Assembly (NCBI RefSeq): GCF_000981445.1
Contig: NC_027220.1
Span: forward strand, 1 to 64,000
Origin: Babesia bigemina
Lineage: Eukaryota
Direction: 5' to 3'
Length of the DNA stretch: 64,000 nt
Shown here one piece after another: positions 1-11,547 of this stretch; the stretch's first letter is position 1; the number at the start of each line of letters is the position of its first letter. The position numbers and the translations under genes are program-made. The notes beneath the pieces are model-generated. The model worked only from the letters and a program-made list of their open reading frames with translations, did no database searches and had not been told where the DNA came from.

Positions 1-1999
1 CGGCATCTTGAATCCACTTGTTAAGACTCTTCACTTGTATTTCAAGCTCCATGTTTGCATCAACAAGGCCCTGTCTAGCAGTATCGATCGAATGAATTTG
101 ATCACCCAGCGTAGACTTGTCTTTTGTAGGATCCAATGCTTTATGAACATTCTCTGCCCTCTTCACCGCTAAGTCAAGGACAATTTCGGCAGCCTCTCTC
201 CATTTCTTAAGATCATCGTTAGCAGTGTTCAAATGCCTGGAAACTGCATCAACCTTATCTTTAGCTTCTTTAATCTGCTTGATGCCTTGACTAATCAGCT
301 GTTGATCATCTCCGTGATTCAACTTCTTATGCACTTCCTTCACCCTATCAACCACCTCCTGAATCACTTTCCCAGCCTCCTTATTCCAATCCTCCAGATT
401 TTTCTCAACACTATTCAGCCCATTATTAACATTCTTGATTTCCTCATTAGCTGTCTGAATATCTCTGATTTTCTCACTCAGTTGCTCATGAACTTTCAGG
501 TTATCGTACACTTCCTGGGCTTTGTCCTGTGCCTTTTGGCGCAAATCATCAGCTTCGGTGATCCACTCTTTCAACTTTTCTGCTTGTTCCCGGAGACTCT
601 CATTTGCTACATTAATTGCTTTTCCAGCGGTCTCAATATTCTCAAGGTTCTTGCCAATTGGATGGCCCGCATCTTTTTTATTGGGATCCAACTTATCACT
701 CACCTCTCCGGCCTTCCCAGCAGCTTTGCTGATCACACCCTGCGCCGCAGTTTTCCAATCTCCCAAATCCTTGTGGACAAGTTCCAGCTGAGTGTCAACT
801 TGCCTGACTTTTTCGTTAGCCGTTGTAATTTTGTCAATCCCTTGACCAATCGTCGTACCGCTATCCTTATCCAACCTCTTGAATACATTTTCCGCCTTCT
901 GCTTTGCCACATTGACGGCTGCCTCCGCATCCTTAATCCACTTATTCAACTCCCCAACTTTCTTGCCAAGCTCACTATCAATGTCCGCGACGGCCTCGTC
1001 AATCGCCTTTCTATGCTCTCCATCAAGCTGCTTCATGATGTCATCAACAAACTTTTTCACGTCTTGAATATACTTTTTTGCCTCGCCCATCCACTGCCCG
1101 AGTTCCTTTACATATTTCTCCAAACTGGCAGTAATACCTTCCAACTTCATTTTAATGTCACTGACACGGTCCTTCAACAACTCGACAACCGTATGCACTT
1201 CTTGTTTAATTTTGTCCTTGACTGCATTTGCAAGCTGTTTAAGCCTACTCTTGATTTTCTGTATCATCTTGTCCAACCGCTTTTTCTCCCCCTTCTTCGA
1301 CCACCTGCTCAGCCAGTCGACGTGGTTGAAAAAGCTTCTCCTGGCATTCTCAAGCTTCCGTTTCAGCTTGGGGTTCAGGTCATCTATGGCATTGGTTGCC
1401 GCCGTCAAGCTCTTAGAGAAGACCCGGGCAAACTCTTTGCAGTCCTCCACCAGAGAGGCAGCGGACTCGACAGTTCTCTCATCTTGAGTGGACGTAGATG
1501 TTTCCGATATCTGCAAAGCTTGTATACCACTACACAACTCACCATCTGGTTTCACGTAACCCAACACGGTCTCAATCGGCTTCTTGACTTTCTCGTTAGA
1601 AGCCTTGACAGCGGAGTTGTACCTCTGGAGGCCAGTGGCCACCTTGGGGATGACGTGATGAAACCCCTTGTGGCCACGCCATAGTTGGGATTTTATCTCC
1701 ACAATCACATCATCATACAACACACTTCTACCAGCAACGTACGGCTGGTTATCATGGACATCACTGAACACGGCATACAAGAATGCCAGGATGGCATCGC
1801 ACAGGCGGGAGGCGTTGCCGTACACAAACCCGGAACCGTCGTAGGTCCCAGGCAAACGATAACCTAATAAGTTGCCAGCGGAGGTGCAGAGATTATGTAT
1901 AATGTTTTTATTAGGATTCTCAGAGTCTTCCGGAAGAGTACTCTGAAACGTTGACAATCGTAAAATGACATGGCATAAGGACGGCTCTTCTGATGCGGT
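1..1999 (-). CDS. ves1/VESA1-like variant erythrocyte surface antigen (large coiled-coil 'ebh-like' type), 5' part; runs off the left edge
   Basis: The minus-strand frame is open from ~1999 to the window edge. It is absent from the ORF track because no stop lies inside the window. It translates as ...NPNKNIIHNLCTSAGNLLGYRLPGTYDGSGFVYGNASRLCDAILAFLYAVFSDV...GHKGFHHVIPKVATGLQRYNSAVKASNEKVKKPI..., resembling the VESA1 N-terminal 'GYdGsGiVYs..drLCDgvm.FL' motif, followed by K/E/L-rich helical sequence. There is no in-frame ATG until ~1268, so the first exon is unresolved. Confidence 0.75.
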
Positions 2000-3388
2000 T
2001 CAAGACGACAGAGATCTTTAAACGTTATGAACAACATTGTGAAACGGCTTGCAGAGGTTGTCGGACAGCGTCGAAATCCTGGCACAGTGCCGCACCTGGA
2101 GTATAGAGTTAGTCGCTGCTCGAAGGTACACTAGTCAATCGGTATATCGTTTCAGCTCTACGGCATGTATTGTCTCATGATTGTGCAGCCTATCAATAAC
2201 ACATCAGTCCAACTAACTAACCTCCCGCCGCCTAACGTACCTCCTAACCCAGTGTCTAATGTAGTCAACCCATTGAAGCGATTGTTGTTTGGGATAGTGA
2301 GTTGTAAATTGCTTTCTATATGTGGTGGTGTATTCCGATACGTTCAGTAGTTTGCGAAGCATCATTGTTTATCATATGCGCTAGTAATTAATAGGTATCA
2401 TAAGTTGAGGCTTTCAGTCATCCGTCTTCTAGCTGTATGGTATGGAGTGGTACTTATTCGATTCGTAGATATGTGTTGAACTCCAAATATAACTATTCCG
2501 GCGTGACAGCAGCGCGGCGGTATGGAAACGTGGCGTCAGTGGGCCGCACTGTAGACATCACCAACATGACAACCCCACACAGCCCCACAGTAGACTGTCT
2601 AGGAGCGTGGTAACTTAACAACAGCTCGGCTATTAGAGACGGCGGTGAGGTGGCGTGGTATATCCCGGATGGAGTCGATACAACACGATTGAGATGTCTG
2701 TTGATGCGCATGTCAAGGCAAAAATAAAATTCACATGCATTTATTTCACTGGTATATCCGTGGTGCAAGACGCGCAGCTGTCGTGTTGCGGGCGGTCGGT
2801 TGGATGCCGTTTTTAAATGGCTGCATACGCCGATGTGAGATGGCTTCGCGGCGTAACAATGCGGGATGAGGATAGGCATCCAACCTGCCACCTGGAACCC
2901 TCATGTAGTATGCCGTGCTCCTCCCTATCATCCAGCCGTTCATGTCAGTCGGGATACGGTATTACCGTGTTCCTAAAAGGCCACCATCGCTTCTCAGGTA
3001 GGTGAGTGGTCTGTCTTAGATATACGTGATGTTTCATGGATTTCCCGTTGCTGTGTGTTATTTTCTTAGAATGATGCGTATAGCTGTCAGTCAGTGGTTC
3101 ACTTCGTACCTATTTCACAATGATCGCTCATATTTGTCAACATGTGTTGTACACGGGGACGTATTAAATAGCCACATCAATGTTTTCAACGGATTGAAAA
3201 CTTCCTAGTTGGCATGATTGAATGCCATTGATACGTTGTTTAGTAATCGACATGTTACTTAAAAAGTGCCACAAGGGCATTATCTTCGAACTTTAATAAC
3301 ATCGGAGTGTTCACTAGTTCAGAGATCTCAGCGCTATTGATGCCTTGCCTCGTGCCTAGCTCGTTAGTGCGTAATTGGTTGAGGCACA

Positions 3389-6300
3389 ATGTCGGGGCAT
3401 GGCATTCCACTGAATAACCTCAAGGCATGCTTCCAGTTCTTGGAATGGTTCAAAGGAGACACAGCTATGCAAGGCAAGGTGGCCGTAGAGCTGGCCACCC
3501 GTATGAGTCCTTATTATAGCACTACTACCCTAGGGTCGCAATTGCCTGCCCCCTTTTCCGCATTCCTCAAAAACGTATCGACGTTCTATAATAAATTAGT
3601 CACTCATGCAAGTGCGGGAGATTATGGATCTAAGAGCGCGAAAAATGTCATTGATGCGATTTTTGAGTGTATGCCCAAGTTACTAGCTGCACTGTATTTC
3701 TTATGGTACAATGTGGATTATAAGTTCGAAGCAGTGGGAGGAGGGAAGTGGAGGTACTTGTATGTTGGGTGGGAGAGTACGCGGCGTACTTGGTGGGGTA
3801 CATACCCCGCGTCTGGAGGTGCCCTGCAGAAATATCTCAGAAGTTTAGGATCGGCTGATATCGACGTTATTCCCGGGGGCTTCGGTCACGATGAAGTAAC
3901 ATGCGGTTATGATTATCCTAACTATGGATATAAGTTTGGCGAAAATATGATTTCAGAGCTTGAAAAGATTTTGAAGAAGGCGAGAGGTGTGCAAAACGAT
4001 TTTCGCGACACGTTCTTGATTTCAGTGTTGTCTGGTGCCGGTACTCACCAGGTTAACACCGCGAATGTGCTTCGCTTGGTGAGAACGTTCTGCCAGGTTG
4101 TGGTTGACGATAAATATGAACTCGATGGCGGTGAGCTGAAAAATGCATTAGAAAAGGGATTAAAACCGCCGAAAAGTTGTATCAATTGGGGGGAATTGAA
4201 AGAACATTGTTCAAAGCTGTATAACAAATTTAACACTTTTTTTAAGGATGATGCCTTCTCCTACACTGGACAGGCGCCGTCTGTTACATCAGTTAACCAG
4301 TCAAATTTTGCAATCAGAACGGCGCAGTGGTTCAGAGATAATTTGCAAACAGTGCGGAGTAATGTTAAGCAAATCAGTATACACTACCCAAAAGATCGCA
4401 GCACTTGGTTGACCCATCTTCAGCCATTTGCAAACAAATACATATTCCCTTGCGGTTTCACATTTGGCAACACAGGCTACGGAACGTTTGGAAGCGCATG
4501 GGAAACTTTGCCACCTAAGTGGAGGAGCGTGCTTGAAATGCTCGTTAGTAATGATGGCGGTTTGGCAAAGCTCAAACAACTTTTAGATGGCGAGCCGTGT
4601 TCCCCAGCTCCGCGTCCTCCCCATCCCCCTCCCATAACCTCACCCCAGGCCTCCAGTTCTCACGTTCCAAGCACATCCGTCGATCAAGGTTCCGGAGGGC
4701 AACAAAAGCAGGTGTATCATATGGTCCTGACTGGTAGAGCAGGAGAAAATGCAAGAGGCGCAGGCCCATCTGTTGCTGCAAGCAGTCATCCCCGTCAAGT
4801 TCAAAGTTCTCAACAGCCCGGTCCACCCGGAGTTGGGAGACCGTCAGGGCCTCCTGGGCCACAACCATCGCCTGTCGCTAAAACTCCAGTTTCCGAACCT
4901 GTCTCAACCCAAACTGACGCAAATGCAAATCATAATAATGGCCAGAGTGAAATAAAGTCTGAAATAGCACCGGATGCAGCGTCTTCCGCCTCAGCACTAG
5001 ATGGCGGTGCTAAAGGAGATGCGGCCCCGGCAGGACCTAAGGGAGAACCACGAGCACCAGGGCCTAATGGTCCAGGGAGTCGGGGCCCCACTCAAAATGC
5101 AGACACTCGAGCTTCACCAGCAAAACCAATTGATCAGCGAACACGTCAAGTCACACAAGGGACTTCACTTGCACCGTCTTTGCCCAGTATTCCTGAACCC
5201 ACTGCGCACCCTGGTCCGGCAGGTGATTCGGATCAAAGTTCACCACACAGTGTTCCTCAAAGTCCACAGACTGTCTTGTCTACAAATCCTAAATCCACTC
5301 AGCCTTCAAATGTTCAAAGTCCAGACTCTTCGTCACCTGGTGATCGAGGTACCGGTAGTGGTCGGAAACCGGCTGATAAGGCGGGTTCTTCTGTCGCTGG
5401 TCAAACAAGTGATAAAGGTCGGCAGTCAGGTGGAGACACTGATACTACTACGTCCTCTGCCCCAGATCCTGGTTCTAATGGCGGTGCAGCTGGAGTAGGG
5501 AGTGGTGGACCAAAGAAAGAGCCTGGGAATCCTAAAAAGGATCTAGATGCAGAGCGTAAAAAGCGTTGGAATGCTTATGGGCTAGAACAACAAGCAAAAC
5601 GGACAATCGATGAGGAAAAAATGAAAAGCCTAATACAATCAGTGAATTCGAATCTACATACAATAAGGCAAGGTGTACAGGAGGAAGCATTACGGAAAGC
5701 AGTTCAAGAAAATATGCTTCGAAAAACAAGAATTCGACAGAACGCTGATCCTAATAAGGTGAATGCTAGTACGTGTTCTAATTACTCGTCTATGCACATT
5801 GGCAGGTCAATCTGTCATACAAATTCTACGATGCCAATGCCAACCACAACATCCAGCCACTACCTGACGCCTGATGTGTTGGAAAAAATTAAAATAGCGG
5901 AAGAACAAGAGCGTACGAAACAGGACGAACAACGCAAACGTCAGGAGACCAATGACCGACATCTTCGAGCATTGCACCAGGGAATTGAAATTGAAACTGA
6001 AATTCTAAAGCAACATGCCGAACAGCCTACGTACCCCCATGCTGATCGACTGATTTCTGAGATGAATGAAAGGAACACAAAACGCGATGCACTCGGTACA
6101 GTTATACCAATTCATCCGGGTATGGAGGCAGTGAAACTTGATGGAAAGGCAACGCCTAGCTCCAAAGGAATTCCTAGATCTACGTTTCCTCCCATATCTA
6201 GCAATATTGACGTCCCGATTGGCTACTCCATGAAACATAAGGCGCCTCAGTGGCACGATCCGCCGCCGCCAAGCAAACCTATACTTCAGATGTTCCGTGC

Positions 6301-8404
6301 AATTCCTCAGGGTATTGTGTTAAATGATAATCATCAGCATCGTAAAAGCGCGTCTGGATCACGCACAACTGTAGAAGCTCCGTTACTGTCTCAAGCACTC
6401 GAAATTGATCCTTCCGAAATAGTTTTGAATGTCAGTGGTGAAGCACTGAAAAACAGCACCAATGATGATACCGACTTGTTCCCGGCACCCTTGACACTGG
6501 ATGCAACCCCGGTGCCTGATCATATGCAATATAAGCGTTCCGTTGACATATACGAGCCCGCTGTTGTTAAACATGATGTGCCACTAACGGACATCCTACC
6601 AAAAAAGCGCCCGCCGCCCGTGCCGGCGGTACCGAAAAACCCTTTTCATACGCGCACGCCGTTTTACTCAGAGCTCCACAAACCTCCTGACTCAATCACT
6701 CTATTTCCCGGCGACCCTCCATCGGTCACCCAAGACGATATGGCTTGTACACCACCTTGGATGTTATCGCAAAGGGGTGTTTCAAAACCCGGGCGCGCTG
6801 ATGAGATGCCACACATGCCAAATGATTCACATTCACGTTTTCTGCATACTGACGTTCTGCCCAGAACAGTGCGTGAGATGCTATACTGGCTGGCAGGGCT
6901 CCGGCACTCCGCAGTCTACGACACATTGGAAAAATATATTTCAGATCTGGTAGGGAATTATGCCAAACAAACAAAATCATTGTCCAGTGATATTGAAACT
7001 ATGGAGTTGGCTGCGGTTCCAAAATGCATAGTTGGTAATGAAGTTACTCAGGCCCTGAGGCTCAGCTGTCAGTACAGTATTATTGTGCTTATGGGCATTC
7101 AAGGTTTCCATGATCCGCATACTGCGTACAAAAATGACAATTACAGTAAAGCGCCTCAATATGAATATTCCACCGACCCTGCCTGCCTCCTCTGCCAGCT
7201 GCGTGACTACGTCTACGCCTGCCACCACCAGTTGCAGTTCCTGAAGGCGCAGTGTAAGAGAGGCAAGTCACATGGTGGTTGGCAAGATTGTAAGTACGGC
7301 AGTGACATCACTGCTTCCAACTCCCCCCTCCAGGCGTTCCTGACTGACGGCTGGGACTCCACCTTCGAGACTCACCTCTTCGACCCTTGCAACCTGTGCC
7401 TCAAGAGCCGCATCAGGATGGGATTCAAGAGAGGTGATTTGCCTGAGAAATCGGAAAATGGCATCACCCTTTCCAATATACTCACTCCCAGTTGCGGCGG
7501 TAGTGACCCCCTGCTGACACTGTCGTCTTACCTCAACTGCATCACCAGGCGGACGCCGCGCACCACCGGGGAGCTTGTGTCGTACTTCCACCATTTTGGT
7601 AATTCACTTCATGATGCGTTTGATGGAAGATTGCTTCAACTGGGCACAGCACTCTTCACTCCACATGCCGACTGCCCCGACTGGGACCACCTTGGTCTCC
7701 CCGACCTTGAAGCCGTCAAAGGCATCGGGGGTCATGAGTCTCTATTCACCATACAAGGCTCCAAGCATGACCATCCCCGCACTCTGTCCACACTGGTTGG
7801 TTGCGGCAGTGACTCTTCCAACTGCCCTCAACACTGCTCGCCCATCACGTACCGGGCCTACGCCCTGTACTCCCAGAGCTTCGCCCACACCTACCTTAGC
7901 TGGACTGTTTACCTGCCGGAAAGGCTGCGGGAGTCACTTCAAAAATTGCACTATGATTTGCAAAAACATCTTGGCAGCGGCAAGTGTTCATCGCTCCACT
8001 CATGTTCCACTGCCCTGCCCCTCCTCTACACTCACGGCTTCACGCCGCCGGAGGTGGGATCGCCGCCGCCACTCCAATGTTCAGATGTTATCGCCAAGCT
8101 GCAGGACATTGTTAACGGCAATCCTATCGCAACCCTCATGACCTCCATGGACGACTTCCTCTACAGAGTCCGGGAGCCATTCATCTTCACTATCGTCGCA
8201 CTCTGGTCTCTCGCATTCCTCATCTTCGCCAACACAATGCTGTACCGCTTGGACGTGCTGCGCATACGATCTCACCTCACGCGCTCCAGTAGGTCTCACG
8301 TCATCGATGTCAAGGCGTTACTCACGGACGGCACGAAAATGCCCTCGCTCTACGACATCGACTACTTTGACGAAGACGTACTTAGTCAATTTGTTGTTCA
8401 ATAA
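3389..8404 (+). CDS. ves1-like variant surface antigen (1671 aa; type often annotated 'ribosome-binding protein 1' in B. bigemina/ovata)
   Basis: N-terminus 'HGIPLNNLKACFQFLEW'. It contains 'PRTVREMLYWLAGL', 'YSTDPACLLCQLRDY', 'SPLQAFLTD', 'TPRTTGELVSYF' and 'YLSWTVYL', then a C-terminal TM helix followed by 'LYRLDVLRIRSHL', the characteristic ves1 C-terminal signature. A central P/S/G/Q low-complexity region is present. Confidence 0.85.
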   Translation: MSGHGIPLNNLKACFQFLEWFKGDTAMQGKVAVELATRMSPYYSTTTLGSQLPAPFSAFLKNVSTFYNKLVTHASAGDYGSKSAKNVIDAIFECMPKLLAALYFLWYNVDYKFEAVGGGKWRYLYVGWESTRRTWWGTYPASGGALQKYLRSLGSADIDVIPGGFGHDEVTCGYDYPNYGYKFGENMISELEKILKKARGVQNDFRDTFLISVLSGAGTHQVNTANVLRLVRTFCQVVVDDKYELDGGELKNALEKGLKPPKSCINWGELKEHCSKLYNKFNTFFKDDAFSYTGQAPSVTSVNQSNFAIRTAQWFRDNLQTVRSNVKQISIHYPKDRSTWLTHLQPFANKYIFPCGFTFGNTGYGTFGSAWETLPPKWRSVLEMLVSNDGGLAKLKQLLDGEPCSPAPRPPHPPPITSPQASSSHVPSTSVDQGSGGQQKQVYHMVLTGRAGENARGAGPSVAASSHPRQVQSSQQPGPPGVGRPSGPPGPQPSPVAKTPVSEPVSTQTDANANHNNGQSEIKSEIAPDAASSASALDGGAKGDAAPAGPKGEPRAPGPNGPGSRGPTQNADTRASPAKPIDQRTRQVTQGTSLAPSLPSIPEPTAHPGPAGDSDQSSPHSVPQSPQTVLSTNPKSTQPSNVQSPDSSSPGDRGTGSGRKPADKAGSSVAGQTSDKGRQSGGDTDTTTSSAPDPGSNGGAAGVGSGGPKKEPGNPKKDLDAERKKRWNAYGLEQQAKRTIDEEKMKSLIQSVNSNLHTIRQGVQEEALRKAVQENMLRKTRIRQNADPNKVNASTCSNYSSMHIGRSICHTNSTMPMPTTTSSHYLTPDVLEKIKIAEEQERTKQDEQRKRQETNDRHLRALHQGIEIETEILKQHAEQPTYPHADRLISEMNERNTKRDALGTVIPIHPGMEAVKLDGKATPSSKGIPRSTFPPISSNIDVPIGYSMKHKAPQWHDPPPPSKPILQMFRAIPQGIVLNDNHQHRKSASGSRTTVEAPLLSQALEIDPSEIVLNVSGEALKNSTNDDTDLFPAPLTLDATPVPDHMQYKRSVDIYEPAVVKHDVPLTDILPKKRPPPVPAVPKNPFHTRTPFYSELHKPPDSITLFPGDPPSVTQDDMACTPPWMLSQRGVSKPGRADEMPHMPNDSHSRFLHTDVLPRTVREMLYWLAGLRHSAVYDTLEKYISDLVGNYAKQTKSLSSDIETMELAAVPKCIVGNEVTQALRLSCQYSIIVLMGIQGFHDPHTAYKNDNYSKAPQYEYSTDPACLLCQLRDYVYACHHQLQFLKAQCKRGKSHGGWQDCKYGSDITASNSPLQAFLTDGWDSTFETHLFDPCNLCLKSRIRMGFKRGDLPEKSENGITLSNILTPSCGGSDPLLTLSSYLNCITRRTPRTTGELVSYFHHFGNSLHDAFDGRLLQLGTALFTPHADCPDWDHLGLPDLEAVKGIGGHESLFTIQGSKHDHPRTLSTLVGCGSDSSNCPQHCSPITYRAYALYSQSFAHTYLSWTVYLPERLRESLQKLHYDLQKHLGSGKCSSLHSCSTALPLLYTHGFTPPEVGSPPPLQCSDVIAKLQDIVNGNPIATLMTSMDDFLYRVREPFIFTIVALWSLAFLIFANTMLYRLDVLRIRSHLTRSSRSHVIDVKALLTDGTKMPSLYDIDYFDEDVLSQFVVQ

Positions 8405-10019
8405 TACACGCATTCACATATGCATGTTGTTACGCACGGTTCAATGTAATGTATATGCTCTTACTGGTGTACTGCGCTGTGGTCACGTTTGGCTAGGGCC
8501 ACTTTGTAGGCCTGTTCATAGCTTAGGTGTAGCACACATTGCTGGTGCATTGTTACGATCAAGAACGCCACGGTAGTAAATGCGCCACACATGGCTTATG
8601 TGACAGATAACTCTAAGGAATACTGTATTACCGTAGGGAATACAACGGATGGTCGCGGGGTAATTCCAACACCACATAAGGATTCAATTGCTACCATTCC
8701 GAGTGATTTATACGTTTTTTACCATGATGAGTCTACACAGCACTACATCAACGTTGGCTTGTAGTTTCCTGGAGCCGCGTTTCTTACAACCAAGCATCCA
8801 CCTCCTACCCAACATGTGCCAATTATGTCTGAAATCCGCAACACGCACGAACTATGGGATTTGTACGCTTTGACGGGGAATACGTCTGCCTCAAACGCCG
8901 ATGCGCGTTTCACTAGTGAGGTCACGGGGTTGCCGACATAACACACGTGGCACGTCGTTGAGATACACGTCGAAAACACCTACCCGTACATGCGAGGCTG
9001 CATAGTTACATACTGATCAGATAAGGTGTTCATGCCTGCGACACATAAACTCATCGATGCTGGCTGGTAGCATCGCTGTCGATTGAAACCTCTTAATCGT
9101 GTTCCCGATTTCCGCAGCTTAATCTAGTGTTTCCATAACTGTTTATAGGATGCATAAGAGATGGCAATGTTGTTTAGTAGTGTTGTATGTAAGAAAGGCT
9201 CATGAGACATCCGGAGAAATTTATCATGCCAAAGATAAGAAGATGCGACATCTCCAATTGCACATATGACCACAACTTAAAAAATCGGCAACGTCTATAT
9301 TACGCAACAATGCATAATATATGACTCGTTTTAAACCACGTCAATGTCTCCACTAATGGTAACTAAATATCTTATAGGTGGCCAGTCACAATATGCAGCC
9401 TCTGCCAAAGCATATCTTTACGACATTGTATGGTCATTATTTACGCTCAATCCACAATTATCCGTGCTATGTAATGCTACATCGAATGTAACTGGATTGC
9501 AAAGGACGTGTTAAGAGGTGTCACCGGCTTTGGCCACATAGCTTAGAGCTTCATGGGCTGGGTTGAGAAAGTAAGCGTGCGTCTCATGTCGTGATCTTTA
9601 GCTTGGGCAGAGAAGACATGCTATTTGGAGATAATATCAGAACTGAAAGAAACACGTTGTGCAGGACACAACTCAATAGTTCGCCCAGTGTACAGGAATG
9701 CGACTTGAAAGTTAATGTCAAAATTTGTGGTTCGGTGTTAACATTGCAGTTAAATGTAACGTTTATGTAAAAGAGAATGAATATAATAAGTGCTACGATA
9801 TAGGTAGTGCACTTAAGTGACAAGTGTAATCGGCTAGATGGCCTAATGCGTCTACTGGGTGAGTAACGTGTAACGCACTCGGCCGTACAGGAGCATTCAT
9901 ATCACGTTGAATATTTGTACTGACAATCGCATACACCTCGAATCAATTAATGTACAGGTTTACATCCTCCGAAACTTTCCGAGCAAAAGTCTTTGGGAAT
10001 GACCTCGGTTCCAAGCATA

Positions 10020-10580
10020 GATCAGCCTTGCTAGTGCCATTGGGTAGACGTCTCCATCGTTTTGCAACATAGATTCACCACATGAGGTGGTGCTGTATGC
10101 TGATGGTGAAATGTGGAACAATGTTCTTCACCCCTGCCATGTATGGCCAACAACGCATTACCATTACACCCTCACTAGCCATGTGCCCTGAGTTAACTAA
10201 GACACATAGTCACTCCGGGTTATATTGGAGGTGCAGCATTGAATTCGCGAGCCCCAATTTTCAAAGTATTGGCAAACTGTTCAGTGCTGTTCATCGCTGT
10301 TAAAGGAGCTGTTGAAGATGTGATCCAAAACTGTTCACAAGGGCATGTGGATTGTGCAAGGAAGCACGATGGGTAGCTTGGAATTACCAAGTGGTCATAC
10401 TTATTGCCGTCTTCGTTCTGCGCCTCGTCATCAGATTTCTATTAGACCGATGTCAGATCCCTGGACTGAAGGAATTCGGTTATTACTGGATCGACAAGGC
10501 GCCACCACCAACCTCTCACCTCGCCCTTTACGAGTGGAATGTATCGTAGTCTTGCACAAATACCAGATGCAGGTGATACA
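10020..10580 (+). pseudogene. Possible decayed fragment of a Babesia Cys-rich (6-Cys-like) secreted-protein gene
   Basis: Short protein-like pieces in shifting frames, with stops: HWVDVSIV, VWPTTHYHYTL, KAPPPTSHLALYEWNV and YQMQ. They resemble, from memory only, a B. ovata/bigemina large hypothetical 6-Cys-like family. Unverified. Confidence 0.2.
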
Positions 10581-10977
10581 AAAGTAATATAGCAGGTTAC
10601 CCGAAGCATGAATATCGTGTTGGCACTTTACAGTTCCTAAACAACACTCAGCATGCTCTTCATTCGCTCTGCTAACTTCTTCGACTGCATTTATACAAAC
10701 ATCAAACACATTAATGTAGTGGAGTAAAACTAAAACATTAAGACAAAATTGGTCAAAGGACGCCGAAGCATAAATCCGTGACCAAATTTAATCCATTCAG
10801 AAGGCGCACCAAAAAGTGCTGCCCCCTGTCAACAACTATGGGAATGCTGACTTCACAACGCATTCAAAAAATAAACCTTTTCGTCATTCCGATATTGTTT
10901 CCCCAGCGACCTCGTCTGCGGGATGTCATGAATAGATGGTGCCAGCTGGCGATTTTGGCCAGAAGATGCGCCTTTAT

Positions 10978-11547
10978 TTATTCAAAATTCTTTGGTGGAG
11001 AAAACTCCATGACACCGTACACGTTCACGCCGGGGAACTCCTTTTGAATGGTTTCCCTGCCGTTAAGAAATGGGAGATCGACGATGACGTCGCATTCCAG
11101 AATCTTGGCTCCGCCCATCTGCAAAAGCCTGCATGCAGCCGCCAGGGTACCTCCGTTGTATATTAGGTCGTCAACCAGGATTACCCTTGCGCCCTCTGGA
11201 AAAGCGTCCTTCTGAAGGTGCAGGTCGGTTTCGTCGTATACCTTCTTCGAGTGCGTGGTGTACACTGGCCCCGGCAGCTTGCCCGGTTTGCGGATGACCA
11301 CCAGCCCGCAACCAAGCTCGTACGCTAGAGGCGCTCCAAAGGGCACACCGAGAAGCTCCATGGCTGCTATGTAGTCGACGCCTTCTGGGTGCCTCTCCCT
11401 GATGCCGGCAGCCATGAACTTTACGGTCTCACGTAACTTGCGGGCGTCACCCATAACGGGCATCATGTCGATGAAGCGTATCCCGGGCTTGAGGTCATAG
11501 TAGCACTTGAAGTCCTCTTCGACGAGCTTGAAGGTGTTCGACGCCAT
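10978..11547 (-). CDS. apt: Adenine phosphoribosyltransferase-like type I PRTase (short APRT fold), divergent
   Basis: 189 aa, intronless. It shows KPGIRFIDMMPV (cf. PGI.F.DI.P), IRKPGKLPG, the PRPP loop RVILVDDLIYNGGTLAAACRLL and DLPFLNGRE (cf. EL.FL.GRE). Confidence 0.88.
   Translation of the reverse strand: MASNTFKLVEEDFKCYYDLKPGIRFIDMMPVMGDARKLRETVKFMAAGIRERHPEGVDYIAAMELLGVPFGAPLAYELGCGLVVIRKPGKLPGPVYTTHSKKVYDETDLHLQKDAFPEGARVILVDDLIYNGGTLAAACRLLQMGGAKILECDVIVDLPFLNGRETIQKEFPGVNVYGVMEFSPPKNFE

Noticed and set aside
233..1684. 483-aa + strand L/F/I-rich ORF
   Set aside because: It is the antisense shadow of the K/E-rich ves-like gene on the minus strand.
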